Shown here piece after piece: positions 13,235 to 26,700 of a stretch of DNA of 64,000 nucleotides. The notes beneath the pieces were generated by a model that did no database searches, was not told the origin of the DNA, and worked only from the letters and a program-made list of their open reading frames with translations. A program made the translations under genes and the position numbers. The stretch lies in the NCBI GenBank assembly GCA_951406725.2, contig OX597816.1, forward strand, positions 21,948,001 to 22,012,000. Direction: 5' to 3'. Position 1 is the stretch's first letter. Each line of letters opens with the position of its first letter. The stretch comes from Octopus vulgaris (Eukaryota).

Positions 13235-13490
13235 TAGATCACCGACCTGACAATTAGATATTACTAGACATCGCTGGTCACAATGCGCTTTGCATCGATT
13301 TAGCCATCGAATGGTGGCACATCAACATGCGGCAGACCAACATTTCCTCACGATCGAAAAGTGAATGGAGCCACATGAAATTAAATGTTTAGCTCATGAA
13401 CAAAATGCGCCGCCCGCTCTGGGAGTCGAACACACGGTCTAGCGACCCTGAGTGGAACACCCGGATTACAAGGCCATGCGATTTCGCACA
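13235..13490 (-). mobile_element. Diverged SINE, head D plus tail T3
   Basis: Head resembles 19020-19157; tail (CATCGCTGGTCACAAT..TTTAGCC on plus) resembles 61430-61500. Confidence 0.6.
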
Positions 13491-13581
13491 TCCATCCATT
13501 CATCCATCAATCCATACATGCATACATATATACATACATACTTACATACATACATAATACTTGCATATAGCTTTGTTTTCT

Positions 13582-13990
13582 AGGAGTGGCTGTGTACTAA
13601 GTAGCTTGCTTAACAATCTCATGGTTCCGGGTTCAGTCCCACTGCGTGGCATCTTGGGCATATGTCTTCTACTGTAGCCTCGGGCTGACCAAAGCCTTGT
13701 GAGTAGATTCGGTAGACGGAAACTAAAAGAAGCCCGTCGTATATGTGTATATATATATGTGTGTGTAAATGTTTGTGTGTCTGTGTTTGTCCCCCTAATA
13801 TCGCTTGACAACCGATGCTAGTGTGTTTACGTCCCCACAACTTAGCGGCTCGGCAAAAGAGACCGATAGAATAAGTACTAGGCTTCCAAAGAATAAGTCC
13901 TGGGGTCGATTTGCTCGACTAAAGGCGGTGCTTCAGCATGGCCACAGTCAATGACTGAATCAAGTAAAAGAGTAAAAGAGTAAAAAGAGA
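13582..13990 (+). mobile_element. SINE family A
   Basis: Full copy with (GTAAAAGA)n tail. Confidence 0.9.
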
Positions 13991-14868
13991 ATATAGACTG
14001 CTTAAATGATTCTAGAAGACGATGCATATCAGGTATATTTGGAAACCATTGGTAAAATATCATATGTAAATGATTTATACATGCATCTATTCATTGATTC
14101 TAATCAGGATAAATGATATATCAAAACTTTACGAGTAAGACAACGTGATGAGTTCACGTCTTCAATATAATGCGCATAAAAAAACGCTTAAACAAGATAG
14201 GTGGCTATTGTTAAAGAATCTTTATGGTGGTAACTGCTTTGCTTTTTCTTATATGTTGATATATCAGAGTATGGCAATACTTTCTCCACAAAATAATATA
14301 TACTGTATGTCAAACAATGGGTTTATTAATTTTCAGTCGAAGAGGAAAATTCTTTTTTCCTGCCTTCAGTCTTAAATGTCCTGTACAATTGCAAAAACGC
14401 AGCCCTTCCTTCACCGACAAAAGCATAATCATTTTACGCTTTAATATGCTGTATGTATTTTATTTGCATATTAATTCAGAGATGTCGATTTATTTTCAGT
14501 TTTTAGTTTCAGCAAGCATGCGGACGTTTGTCTTGAAGGATGAAACATAATTTAGTTCTCATTTTCATGAATTATGGGAAATTAGGGAAATATAGATCAA
14601 TAGCTAGAAATTCCACTGAGACGAAAGATGGTCATATTTTACTGTCTACAGCTTCTGTTCTATCCTTATATCCATCGCTCTCTCTTTATATACACACATA
14701 TAGGCATGTACATACATATTTCATATACAGATGTTCACACTGAAAACTATACATTATTGTGCATAGTCCATAAGGAAAAACTACAGACCTGCACTATCTT
14801 AAATCTAATAGACATTACTACAACACAAATCATTGAGCAACGAAGGACAAAAGCATGTAGGCATATTG

Positions 14869-15107
<239 letters not shown>

Positions 15108-15743
15108 TATATTTTCTCTTCTTTTCCATCTCGATAAATCTTGATTTTCTACATTTTTTAACAATACTCAACATACATATATACCAATATTTATTCATAA
15201 AGTACAGATAATTTGTTTTAAGCGGCATTGTAAATCTACGTGTATGTATTTGTAATGCATTTCAGTAAATACGTGCAAAATTTCTAAAACATATTTTTAT
15301 CGTTTCATTATGCATGTATGAATACATCAGCCTGCTTATGCTTACAGCCTGTAACAGATTCACTTCTATAGGCACACATCCTTATACGTATCAAAAGAAA
15401 AATCAACTGTCTTTTCTTTTCTTTCTCTTTCATTTTTCCTCTTTCCATTTCTAGGTATATATTATATATATATAAATATATATATATATATGTATTATAT
15501 AAGTAAAGTATATGCATGTATGCATACGAATATGTAACCATGTTCGAATATGATTTTTATAAAATTTATTTTACGTTAGCAGCATAAGAAAATGTATATA
15601 TAAATGTTTGATCTCCGTTCTTTTGAACATACACATGCATACATTCAGTTTTGTACTTTTATGAATCCCCTTGTGTGACCGAAAAATTCACGTATGCATG
15701 GGTCTGTATGTCTGTGTATGAGTGTGTTTGTGTTTATATATAC

Positions 15744-15863
<120 letters not shown>

Positions 15864-16219
15864 CTATGTGGTAGAATGTATGTATGCATACATGTACTTA
15901 CATATGTGTGCAGAAGCTGTATCAATTGTTTTCATTTTCGCAAATATGATAATATCTAATATCCAAATTGCCCCGTGATTTGTTTTCACATTTGTGCAAA
16001 CATAAACAAGTGTGAAGTAAAGGCTGTCTTAGCACTGTTGATAAACATTTTAAAATATTCTAATTTTCTTCAACGACAATGTTATTTTTTTTTTTTGTTA
16101 CTGATTATCTACCTTGCTGGTCAGGTATGTGTGTCTGTGAGTTTGAGTGCTTGTGTTTGTGTGTGAGTTTGTGTCTATGTGTATGTGTGCGTGGGCAGAT
16201 ATATATGTATATATATATA

Positions 16220-16361
16220 TTATTTTTTCTCCTTGTTTCTTTCTGTGTTCCTGTCTGTGGAAGAGCGTAGCCTCGAAACATTAAAGGCTTTTTCACTTCC
16301 CGTGCATTAATCTAATACATCTGTTTGTTATCTACACCACTTGTCTTCGTCTTGTATTTTT

Positions 16362-16370
<9 letters not shown>
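16220..16370 (+). mobile_element. Penelope-like fragment P1 with degenerate hammerhead (16250-16287)
   Basis: CCTGT-CTGTGGA-A-GAGCGTAGCCTC-GAAA-CA-TT-AAAGG. Confidence 0.6.
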
Positions 16371-16400
<30 letters not shown>

Positions 16401-16417
16401 CACACACACACGCGCTC

Positions 16418-16451
<34 letters not shown>

Positions 16452-16520
16452 GTATATATATTAATTAACAATTGAGGATAAAATCTTTAAAATAAATTAT
16501 CAGTAGTCAGCGTGAAAAAC

Positions 16521-16572
16521 CTGACGAACATGAAATGCATATTCTGCATTAAATGCGAAATCACATGTGATA
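16521..16572 (+). ncRNA. Type I hammerhead core, stem I disrupted
   Basis: CTGACGA, stem II with AATGCA/TGCATT, GAAA, perfect 12-nt palindrome ATCACATGTGAT, AUA site; inside the TA-flanked insert 16468-16706. Confidence 0.7.
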
Positions 16573-16791
16573 TGTAACTGAATTATTTTTTAAAATGATG
16601 TGTTTTGAAGTTTTGCATTCGGTAAAATTTTGTTTATTTTTAGTAGTTTTGACCGCATTGGTCCCTCTTAGCGTGTTGGTATCTACGAATAGTAGTACCC
16701 TCAATATAATATATATGTATATATATATACATACAAGCATATATATACATATATATATATATTTATATATATATATATAATATATATATAT

Positions 16792-16846
<55 letters not shown>

Positions 16847-16858
16847 TATATACATATA

Positions 16859-16989
<131 letters not shown>

Positions 16990-17134
16990 ATTGTATGTAT
17001 ATACACATCTGTGTATATATGTAGTCATGTATGTATCTATGTTTGAGTCTATGTGTGCGCGTGTGAGTGTGTTCGTGTATATGCGTTATGCAGGTCTTTT
17101 CTCAGGCGTTCATATTGCTTAAGCAGGAAAAGAG

Positions 17135-17191
17135 CATCAGCTGTGATTATGGAACCACTCGCGTAGGCGATCGCCATAATCACAGCTGATG
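17135..17191. other. Perfect 18-bp hairpin with 21-nt loop
   Basis: CATCAGCTGTGATTATGG (17135-17152) / CCATAATCACAGCTGATG (17174-17191). Confidence 0.9.
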
Positions 17192-17482
17192 GTCCTTACA
17201 CACACAAGCACAGAGCACATAAAACACGCACGCGTGCATGCGCTTGCCCACACACACACATATATTCATATAATGCTTGGATGTTTCGATTAAATGGAGC
17301 TGCCTGAAACCTTGACATAATTGTTACATATTTGCCATATATATTCATAGAAGGAGAAAAGATAAGAAAAGCACAGAAGATTTGTTTTACACGACTAAAG
17401 AATATATTAGACTCATCATAGCAAAAGTATTATACAATATTGAACAAAATAAGATTTAATTTTCTTCCAACATAATATAAGC

Positions 17483-17735
17483 TATTTCTTTATTACCCAC
17501 AAGGGGCTAAACATAGAGGGGACAAACAAGGACAGACATAGGTATTAAGTGGATTACATCGGGGTCGATAAATTAAGTACCAGTTACTCACTGGGCGTAA
17601 CTGGTACTTAATTTATCGACCCCGAAAATATGAAAGGCAAAGTCGACCTCAGCGGAATTTGAACTCACAACGTTGCGCCAGATGAAATACCGCTAAGCAT
17701 TTCGCCCGGCACGCTAACGTTTCTGCCAGCTCGCC
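17483..17735 (-). mobile_element. SINE family B with internal inverted duplication
   Basis: B copy; 17559-17587 and 17597-17625 form perfect 29-bp inverted arms. Confidence 0.9.
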
Positions 17736-18007
17736 AACATATTATAACCGGTTTCGCTAACGCTTAGCCGTGTAAAACAAATCTTCCGTGTTTTTTCATC
17801 TTTTCCCTTACCTTGTATATTCAACCACGTGGAATCAAAGCGCATATTTTCTATCTCATAAATATTCATATATATATTTGAATTTAATTAGAGGATATGT
17901 TAATCTCATGAAGGGATGATTACATCCGAGGAAATACTGGTTCAATACCTAGTATAGCTGGGGAATAAAATTCCCTTAAAATAATTGGTATATAATATAC
18001 ATATAGT

Positions 18008-18416
18008 TTATATCCAGTTGAAAAGAAGAGCAGAAAATGGAGATAAGAAAGTTAACTATTTATTGTTAAGAAACTGGTTATCTTTGCATCTTAGAACCGT
18101 TTCAATTAATACTCAAGAATGTCTACATTAAAATTGAATTTATGTGATATGAGCATAATTTCGTCGGAGAAAAAAAGATGTACGTTGAGATGTTATATGC
18201 AGACCTATCAATTCATTTCAGGAGACTCTTTTTTCTTCTCTGATAAAATTTATGTTCATGTCACATAAATGCAAAATTAATGTACACATCTGCAATTAGA
18301 TTATGAAGTATTAATTGAAACGGCTGTAAGGAGCGAAAGATGACCAATTTGCTAATAATAAATAAGTGTCTAACTACCTTATCCCCATTTTCTTTTCTTC
18401 TGTTAACTGAATATAA
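18008..18416. mobile_element. Diverged inverted repeat (inverted pseudo-LTR-like) with a decayed hammerhead in each arm
   Basis: Arms about 18008-18180 and 18226-18416; right arm CTGATAA-AATT...AATT-GAAA-CGGCTG-TA; left arm (minus) CCGACGA-AATT...AATT-GAAA-CGG. Confidence 0.65.
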
Positions 18417-18438
18417 ACTCTGTGTGTGCGTGTGTGTG

Positions 18439-18477
<39 letters not shown>

Positions 18478-18480
<3 letters not shown>

Positions 18481-18572
18481 AAGAGGTGTATTAGTTTCAC
18501 GCACGGGTAGGTGAGAAAGTATTTTACGCTTCGAGCCTGCGCTCTTCAATAGAAACGAACAGAAGGAAATAA
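18478..18572 (-). mobile_element. Penelope-like fragment P1 with degenerate hammerhead (18521-18556)
   Basis: GTTT-CTATTGA-A-GAGCGCAGGCTC-GAAG-CG-TA-AAAT. Confidence 0.55.
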
Positions 18573-18590
18573 ACACACACACACGCACGC

Positions 18591-18645
<55 letters not shown>

Positions 18646-18895
18646 GATACAACGAGAGAGTTTGAGAAACAAAAACTGGAGATATTCAGATGATTAAAGT
18701 TCATGTGTAAGTGTAAGCAAGTAGAAATTTATGTGCATAAAGACCAGAATTACATGGAGTACAAACATTACAGAAGACTTAGGGGACAGGGCATGATATT
18801 CCAGGTCCAACAGGTATTTATGGGCGCTCGGAAATACTCAATAGTTGCAACGTTAGCAGATGAAGTATGAACAATGGGAAGTATATACAACCAGT

Positions 18896-19157
18896 AAAAT
18901 GAAAATAAATGCGCCCTTTTAATGCTTAGTCAGGCTAATGGGCCTTGTTTCCCGGTTTCTATGGCGTATGTGTCCCCCAGTTGGACGGGACGACGGTCCA
19001 TCGCAGCGCTACTTATTTTTGTCAGCTGAGTGAACTGGAGCAACGTGAAATGTAGTGTTTTGTTCAAGAACACAGCTCGTCGCCCGGTCCAGGAATCGAA
19101 ACAACAATCTTACGATCATGGTGCTGACACCCTAAACACTAAGTCACGCACCTCCAC
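18896..19157 (-). mobile_element. SINE, head D plus tail T1
   Basis: tRNA-like head GGAGGTGCGTGACTTAGTG, core-like GTGTTCTTGAACAAAACAC, tail shared with 1222-1350; TSD ATACAACCRGT. Confidence 0.85.
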
Positions 19158-19787
19158 ATACAACCGGTGTTAGATGCATAGAAACATTACCATAAATATG
19201 GCATCTGTCTTCAGGTTGGAGAGATTGTCGTCATACCAACCTTTCCTCACGATATTTGCTTTCTTATGCTTATGTCCAATCCATCTGCACTTCTCTACGT
19301 AAGACATACACATTATTCAGAGGTCGGATTTCTCTCTCATCTACTCATCACTACAAGAAATGTGTGGATAATCATATCAAAGAGCTAGAATAAATAATAT
19401 ATTAATAGATAACCTATAAGAACGCTCTAACGACTCTACCAACCTACCACTTACAGTTTACTAATCAAACTTCAGTTTTACTTGATAACAGGTAGGAACA
19501 TATTTGAAAGTACTAAAGAGAAAAAGTTGCATAAATATCTATAAAGCTTTACGAAGTTAATCCTGCTGATATTTACATACCTTTTTCCACACGCTAAAAC
19601 CAAATTTGGCAAACAGAGAACATACAGAACTATTGAGAAGAGGTGCTCCAATAATGTCTGCTGCACGAATTCTTGTGAATATGTTATAAAATATTTGTTT
19701 GATTCAATAAGCTTCCTACATATAAATACGACAGTTTTTCTATCTCTCTATTTATCTATATATCTATTTTACTGCTTATATTTGTAG

Positions 19788-19859
<72 letters not shown>

Positions 19860-19907
19860 GTATATGTATATTTATATATGTATACATATATATACATATG
19901 TGTATGT

Positions 19908-19945
<38 letters not shown>

Positions 19946-20024
19946 ATATATATGTATATATATAGGTATGCATATATATATATTTATATATGTATGTATA
20001 TATATATATGTATATATATGTATG

Positions 20025-20080
<56 letters not shown>

Positions 20081-20816
20081 GGTATAGATAGATATGTGCA
20101 AGTGCTTATACAGTATATGTGTGTGTGTGTGATTGTGTAATTGTATGTGTTTGCTCACACATGTAAACGATTGTACATCTAAGTGTATGCAAACAAAATG
20201 TGGGTGTATGCCTACCTATTTCTCTATTCGGTTTGTGTATATTTATCACTTTCCGTTAGCATGAGTATATTCTACTACACGTATATATTATTTCGTGAAT
20301 ATTCATATATATTGCCTGCATATATATCATATCTCTTACATACTCACTCTTCTTGCTTTTTCTCTCACATACATACTTTCTCATACATACATATTTGCGT
20401 AAGTGTATTAGTTTCATATTCTGGATTATATGTTTTTCGATTTGTGTATGTATAGTCCCTGTTCTCATTTTTTTTATTGGTAGCTTCATGAAGGACTCTT
20501 TGTTAATGAAATCAATGGCAGCTTCAAAAGAGAAGCATAATTTGATCACGCTAACCAATATATATTCTAGCAGAACAGAATATGTAGGTCTTTGAATGTT
20601 ACTAGTTTTTCTGAGCCGTTTAGGATAAATTGACTGTGAGATCTGAAGAACTGCCTAAACAATGGATACTAAAACCATATCATACAAACTTAAGTAGGAA
20701 ATTAAATCGAAGCTGATATGGATTGTGTTATTGATCAGAGAGTGTTGCCGAAAAAATTATATATTGGCAAATATATATACATGCACACTCACACATACAT
20801 ATGTGTACGCATATTG

Positions 20817-20882
<66 letters not shown>

Positions 20883-21830
20883 ATATGTAAGTATATATAT
20901 GCATTCATTCATACACACATACACGTGTATAAATATGAACCACGTTATTATACATCCTAGGTAGGCGGTAAGCAATAATGAACTCAATTACGACAAAATC
21001 CGTTATAACTATACAAGCAGACGCAAACATAATTTGACACCAAATTACTCTTAATAAGGCTCACACATGTGCACACATACATATATATCTGTGTGCATGT
21101 ATTTATTTATGATTATTTATATATATTGTATTGGAGTATCAAGGTGTGTATACGTAAATAATTTTATATATGATATCGTCAGTTAATTATCATACATCGT
21201 TAATTCAAGTTTCATACCAGGACAACATTAAGCAATCATCAGACGAATGCAAAATAATAATAAAAATAATACAAATATCATCAAAAATAGCTGAACATAT
21301 TACTCCATTTTATATTTTTGATATAAATTTACATGGAGCGTACCTCATATCGACCATAGCGAATTATTTCCTCTCGGGTAGTGTAAACATAAATATGAAT
21401 ACGAAAATTAGATAAAGACACTAAACGTGAAGTAGAAAATATGTTTATGATGGAGAAGGTGATACAACGAATAACTACGGTTAATGGAGGAATGCGTAAA
21501 TGTACAACCATACGGTATTGAGCATGGAAAGATAACTGAGAGCATTTTATTGAGCTTAGGCGGGGGTGTTTGGATAGATGAAACAGAAACGGTTTGGTTG
21601 TATTGATTTATACTTAACCCAATAATAAATATTTTATATCGTTATACACTCTGCATTTTTCCCAAACTGATTATACTTAACTATGTATATACAGTGCATG
21701 CCTATTCAATAGTTCGCTGATCTTCCTAAGTATTGATTCATTTATTCCGATTATATGAAATTCTTGGATCCAGGTGAAAGCTACAAAACTGGACACATTT
21801 TCCAAAAGTTTTCGCATCTCATATTTCGCA

Positions 21831-22246
21831 TCTTTAACGAAAATATTCGCATAGAGAAAATCTGTGAAACTATCGCACATCAATCATATCAATTTGGTCT
21901 ACTATATAAAATGATATAACTACAACAAAATAAAGAAACTGAGTTTTAGATTTCAGCGGTATAATGCTTAGTTGTATACACATGGCACACTCTGAAGATA
22001 TATTGACTATATCTAAACGAAACTATATTTTCAGATTTATTGAGGAATCTCTAGTTTCGTTTCGATATAGTCTATATATCTTCAAAGTGTTCCATGTACA
22101 TACAACTAAGCATTATGCCGCTGAAATCTAAGACTCAGTTTCTTTATTTTGTTGTAGTTATATCATGTTATATAGTAGACCAATGTGATATGATTGATGT
22201 GTCATAGTTTCACAGATTTTCTCTATGCGAATATTTTCGTTAAAGA
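21831..22246. repeat. Long palindrome: 195-bp arms, 26-bp spacer
   Basis: 21831-22025 versus reverse complement of 22052-22246: ungapped, 13 mismatches by manual alignment (about 93%). Confidence 0.95.
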
Positions 22247-22296
22247 CTTGTAGAAGTGTTCCGCTATCTGAATTAGTAATGCATCTTTGGCAATTG

Positions 22297-22592
22297 TGGA
22301 GGGCACATGGCCTAGTGGTTAGAGCAGCAGACTCGCGGTCGAGGGATCGCGTGTTCTAATCTCAGGCCGGGCGATGTGTGTGTTTATGAGCGAAACACCT
22401 AAGCTCAACGCGGCTCCGGCAGAAGGTAATGGCGAACTTCTGCTGACTCTTTCGACAAGACTTTCTCTCACTCTTTCCTCCTGCATCTTGCAGTTCACAT
22501 CCGACGGATTGTCGTTCCGTCCAGGTGGGGAACCTATACGCCAAGGAACCGAGAAACTGCCCTTATGAGTCAGGTGTGGCTCGAGAAGGAAA
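22297..22592 (+). mobile_element. SINE, head C subfamily plus T1-like tail
   Basis: tRNA-like head TGGCCTAGTGGTTAGAGCAGC; 14-bp TSD ATCTTTGGCAATTG at 22283 and 22593. Confidence 0.88.
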
Positions 22593-22990
22593 ATCTTTGG
22601 CAATTGGAGGATACATTTGTTTAAACCCATTCCCATCCGTGTGTGTATTGTCGTTTTAAGCAGTTCTGATGGGTACATCTGAATGAAAAGATTTTCCTCG
22701 ACATCGAGGTAAGTCATGAAATTCGTTTTCCTAATTTGCTGCTCTGCATATTGCGGTTTATTGAATGACATAGTTGCGTATTTTCCTGCATTGGTAGCGC
22801 TGTATTTGTGATTTTGCCTGTATTTGTTTTTGACGTTTTTCCGTGGGGTTTTGAGTTGTTTTATTCTGCTTGGATGTTTGTGCTAGAAGTTGTCTAGTTT
22901 TCTGTGTTCTTCAAATATTGTGCTTGGTTTTATTTTCCTGACGCTATGGCCACTTACTTTCATTTTTAAACGCCTCTCAAGATATTTGTT

Positions 22991-23533
22991 TTGCTTTGCT
23001 CTCTTCTATATTATTCTTCTTCCCGCTTGAAGAGAAATAAGTTCTGAAGGTTGTTTGATAAATGTCTGCACTTTTATCACTGCTCTGATTCATGATATGG
23101 AGAGGAATACCATCTTCTTAATCCTTTTTGCTTCAAAAACGATGGTAGTAAAACCCTTTGGTGTCTGCATAGTGGTTTCAATTTTTGCTGCTAGTATTGT
23201 TCTAGCTTCGTCCGTTACAGCTGCTACATCTCTTCTTGGTTTTTGACTCTGGCATTGGCCACAACAAGGCTTTATGTCTCATTTTTAGTACTACTCGTCT
23301 TTCTCTCCTTATATTTATAAGGCAGGAGTCCAATTTCGAAATACGTCATTATTTTCTGTTTCCAAAATTGTGAAGAAATTTAGTGTTACTAAATATATTG
23401 AGTATTTCTGTCGATTTTTCTTGCTTTGCTCTCTTCTATATTATTATTCTTCTTGCTTGAAGAGAAATAAGTTCTGAAGGTTGTTTGATAAATGTCTGTA
23501 CTTTTATCAATGTTCTGATTTATGATATGGAGA
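22991..23533. repeat. 113-bp direct duplication, 430 bp apart
   Basis: 22991-23103 matches 23421-23533 (TTGCTTTGCTCTCTTCTATA...ATGATATGGAGA). Confidence 0.9.
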
Positions 23534-23639
23534 TTTGTGAGATTTGTGCTAATGGCTTGTTTCAAGTTTCCGTTATCACTGCTACCACCATCATCATCAT
23601 CTTCATTATCATCATCACCATCATCATTATCATCTTCAC

Positions 23640-23714
<75 letters not shown>

Positions 23715-23726
23715 CATTAGTATAAA

Positions 23727-23728
<2 letters not shown>

Positions 23729-23784
<56 letters not shown>

Positions 23785-24363
23785 GAGTGAGAGAGCAGTT
23801 CATGCCATCAAAGTGACATTGGGGTAAAATATACGAAGCCCAATATATCCATCATGACTACCCGTCTGATAAGGGTACACCAGGCACATGCATCACAACC
23901 ATATGTGCGCGACATGGTGATTTCATATCAAGATAAACAGCACATGACCTTGCAGGTGGGGCCCAGTTGGAATTTTCTTCAGGTTGAGTAGCCCATCCCG
24001 CGCAAAAGGTCCCTGAATAAGGGTTGTTTAATGATGTTGAAAGAACCACCCATGTTTCCAGAGGTGAATTATTCAAACCCCAAAGAATCCCTCTCAACAC
24101 ATGGCTATGATGCTCCCCCACAACTTCTGCTCTTGATCAGAGATGCACATATCGTCAGCCACTAAGGGACATGGTCAACTGGTTAAGGTCAAACAACTGA
24201 CAAGCAAATCTGTGGTATTGAGCAGAATATTTGCTGTAGCCCATCTATTATACCAAGACAAAACAATGTACATGATAACACTTCCAATCAGTTAAGATCA
24301 GAAGCCATGAGAGCCACTGCAGAAGCCATGAGAGCCACTGCTTAGAAGCCATGAGAGCCACTG

Positions 24364-24399
<36 letters not shown>
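23729..24399 (-). mobile_element. Non-LTR 3' segment flanked by (TAA)n on both sides (Dong-like, inferred)
   Basis: Body 23785-24363 extends the 7769-7967 element; (ATT)n at both ends; AGAAGCCATGAGAGCCACTG triplicated at the 5' junction. Confidence 0.7.
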
Positions 24400-24639
24400 G
24401 TAACAAAACTCAACCTCTTTGTTATTCCTGGTAGGAGTTTTCCGGGTTGCGGGTCTCTACCTGTAACATTACGTAACCACACGTTTTCGGCTGTCTTTCA
24501 AGTGCTTAGAGCTTCCAGATGCTCTCGGCTGTCCTTAAGATGCAAATATTCTCTAGAAGCTCTACCAGGAATCTTATTTCAATCTCCTTCGGCCATTTGT
24601 CTATATCTTGGCTTACTGTTCCCAACCCACCAAATCATT

Positions 24640-24705
24640 ATTTCATTTTTCATTTAATTTCATCTAGTTTCAGCTCACGAGCTGTGGCCATGCTGGGGCA
24701 CCGCC
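24640..24705 (-). mobile_element. Solo T4 tail (very short 5'-truncated retroposon)
   Basis: GGCGGTGCCCCAGCATGGCCACAGCTCGTGAGCTGAAACT plus A-rich tail, no head. Confidence 0.75.
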
Positions 24706-24749
24706 ATTATAGGCACGATCTTTACTGTTCTCATGCTCCAAATTGTTCC

Positions 24750-25146
24750 TCTTTCACTCTTTTACTTGTTTCAGTTATTTGACTGCAGCCATGCTGAAGC
24801 ACCACCTTTAGTCGAGCAAATCGACTGCGAACATATTCTTTGTAAGCCTAGTAGTTATTCTATCGGTCTCTTCTGCCGAACCTCTAAGTTGCGGGGACGT
24901 AAACACACCAGCATCGGTTGTCAAGCGATGTTGGGGGACAAAGACACACAAACATATATACACACATATATATATATATACATATGTACGACGGGCTTCT
25001 TTCAGATTCCGTCTACCATATTCCACTCAGAAGGATTTAGTCGGCCCGAGGCTATAGTAGAAGACGCTTGTCCAAGGTGCCACGCAGTGGGACTGAACCC
25101 GGAACCATGTGGTTGGAAAGCAAGCTACTTACCACACGGCCACTCC
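24750..25146 (-). mobile_element. SINE family A
   Basis: Near-full copy inserted in the LINE remnant. Confidence 0.9.
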
Positions 25147-26254
25147 TTCAAATTTTAAAGGATTGCATTTTCTTTGTTTTCCTTCCTCTTTCTTTATGAT
25201 CCTGGAATTAAAGGGGCATGGCGGGTCGATAAGTAAACTACTTCGCTTTTCCTTATCTATGATCGTAATATCTGTTCTATTATTTTCTAACTCCTTGTCC
25301 GTTATTACTCAGGGCTTCACTGAAGAGAATACATTCTCTAAAACCTATGCACATGGTAAAGTTTCAGGCTGTGGAGAAAAACATTAATATTAAATATATT
25401 TCATACTTGCACTTTTACGAATTAAAGTAAAGAATGTATTGTGATAGAATAATGTTCTAGTGTAACCACAAAATAAAGAGACTAATGTTTGGTTTACGTC
25501 TCATCATTTGAATGAACACCATTCTATATTTTTATACTTGGTGAACCAAAACAAGATAATTTGTTTCTCACGGCAATAGAGGTTTTTAACAAAACGCGAT
25601 ATAATACACAATTCAAACATGACAACCTATTTCTGCTGAACCATTTATTTCTATAGTAGGATATTGAGCTTCCATGAAATATATGTTAGACATTAAACCG
25701 TACCAAGCTGCTTGGTTGTCACTGTGTACAGTATGTTATATGAATATTTTATTCCAGTAATTGTGTTTTGCTGTCTATGTTTGCAGCGAAATAGTACATT
25801 ATATTCGTCTATTTAATTTGTAAAATATACGAACACAAGATGGTACCTGATAAGCTGTACGATATATGATAATGTTTCTGCATAGTAAACATGTGATGGT
25901 ATCTATAGTTTAAAATGCTTTAGTTATTTGTTAGATTTAATAATATAATATATAGTAAATGGGTCACTGAAACATTACAGTAAATTATAGTTATAAAACT
26001 TTAAACAAATTAGTGGTTTAGAAAACTGTACAGACTAAGTTGCAAGGACCGTAAAATATATGTAAGTGATTCATTTTTATACTTTTAAGAAAAAGAAACA
26101 CTCTTTCCAAATAATTTTAGTAACTTCTTTTAACTAATCATTTATTATAACTAAACTTTACTATTTAATCATTAGAGAAATACTAACTTATAAGAGTTTA
26201 TCTAGCAAAAATGTTTTTCAGTATTTAACACAAGCGGTTTTGCTCAAGACATTC

Positions 26255-26459
26255 TTTTATTCTTTTACTCTTTTACTTGTTTCAGTCATTTGAATGTGGC
26301 TATGTTGGAGCACCACCTTTAGTGGAGCAAATCGTCCCCAGGACTTATTCTTTCTAAGCCTAGTCTCTTTTGCTAAACCGCTAAGTTACAGGGGCATAAA
26401 CACACCAGCATCGGTTGTCAAGCGATGTTGGGTGAACAGACATAGACATACAAACGTAG

Positions 26460-26536
<77 letters not shown>

Positions 26537-26700
26537 CATATATACGAGGGGATTCTTTCAGTTTCCGTCTACCAAATCCATTCACAAGGCTTTGGTCGGC
26601 CCCAGGCTATAGTAGAAGACACTCGCCCAAGGTGCGACGCAGTGACACTGAACCCGGAACCATGTGGTTCGTAAGCAAGCTACTTACCATAGAGCCACGA
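26255..26700 (-). mobile_element. SINE family A
   Basis: Near-full copy with internal (CA)n(TA)n. Confidence 0.88.

Larger units (their letters stand above)
24400..25305 (-). mobile_element. R4/Dong-like LINE C-terminus and 3' UTR, split by two insertions
   Basis: TDKELENNRTDITIIDKEKRSSLLIDPPCPFNSRI..KCNPLKFE, then GGLGTVSQDIDKW..VELLENICILRTA; paralogous to 6315-6780. Confidence 0.8.
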
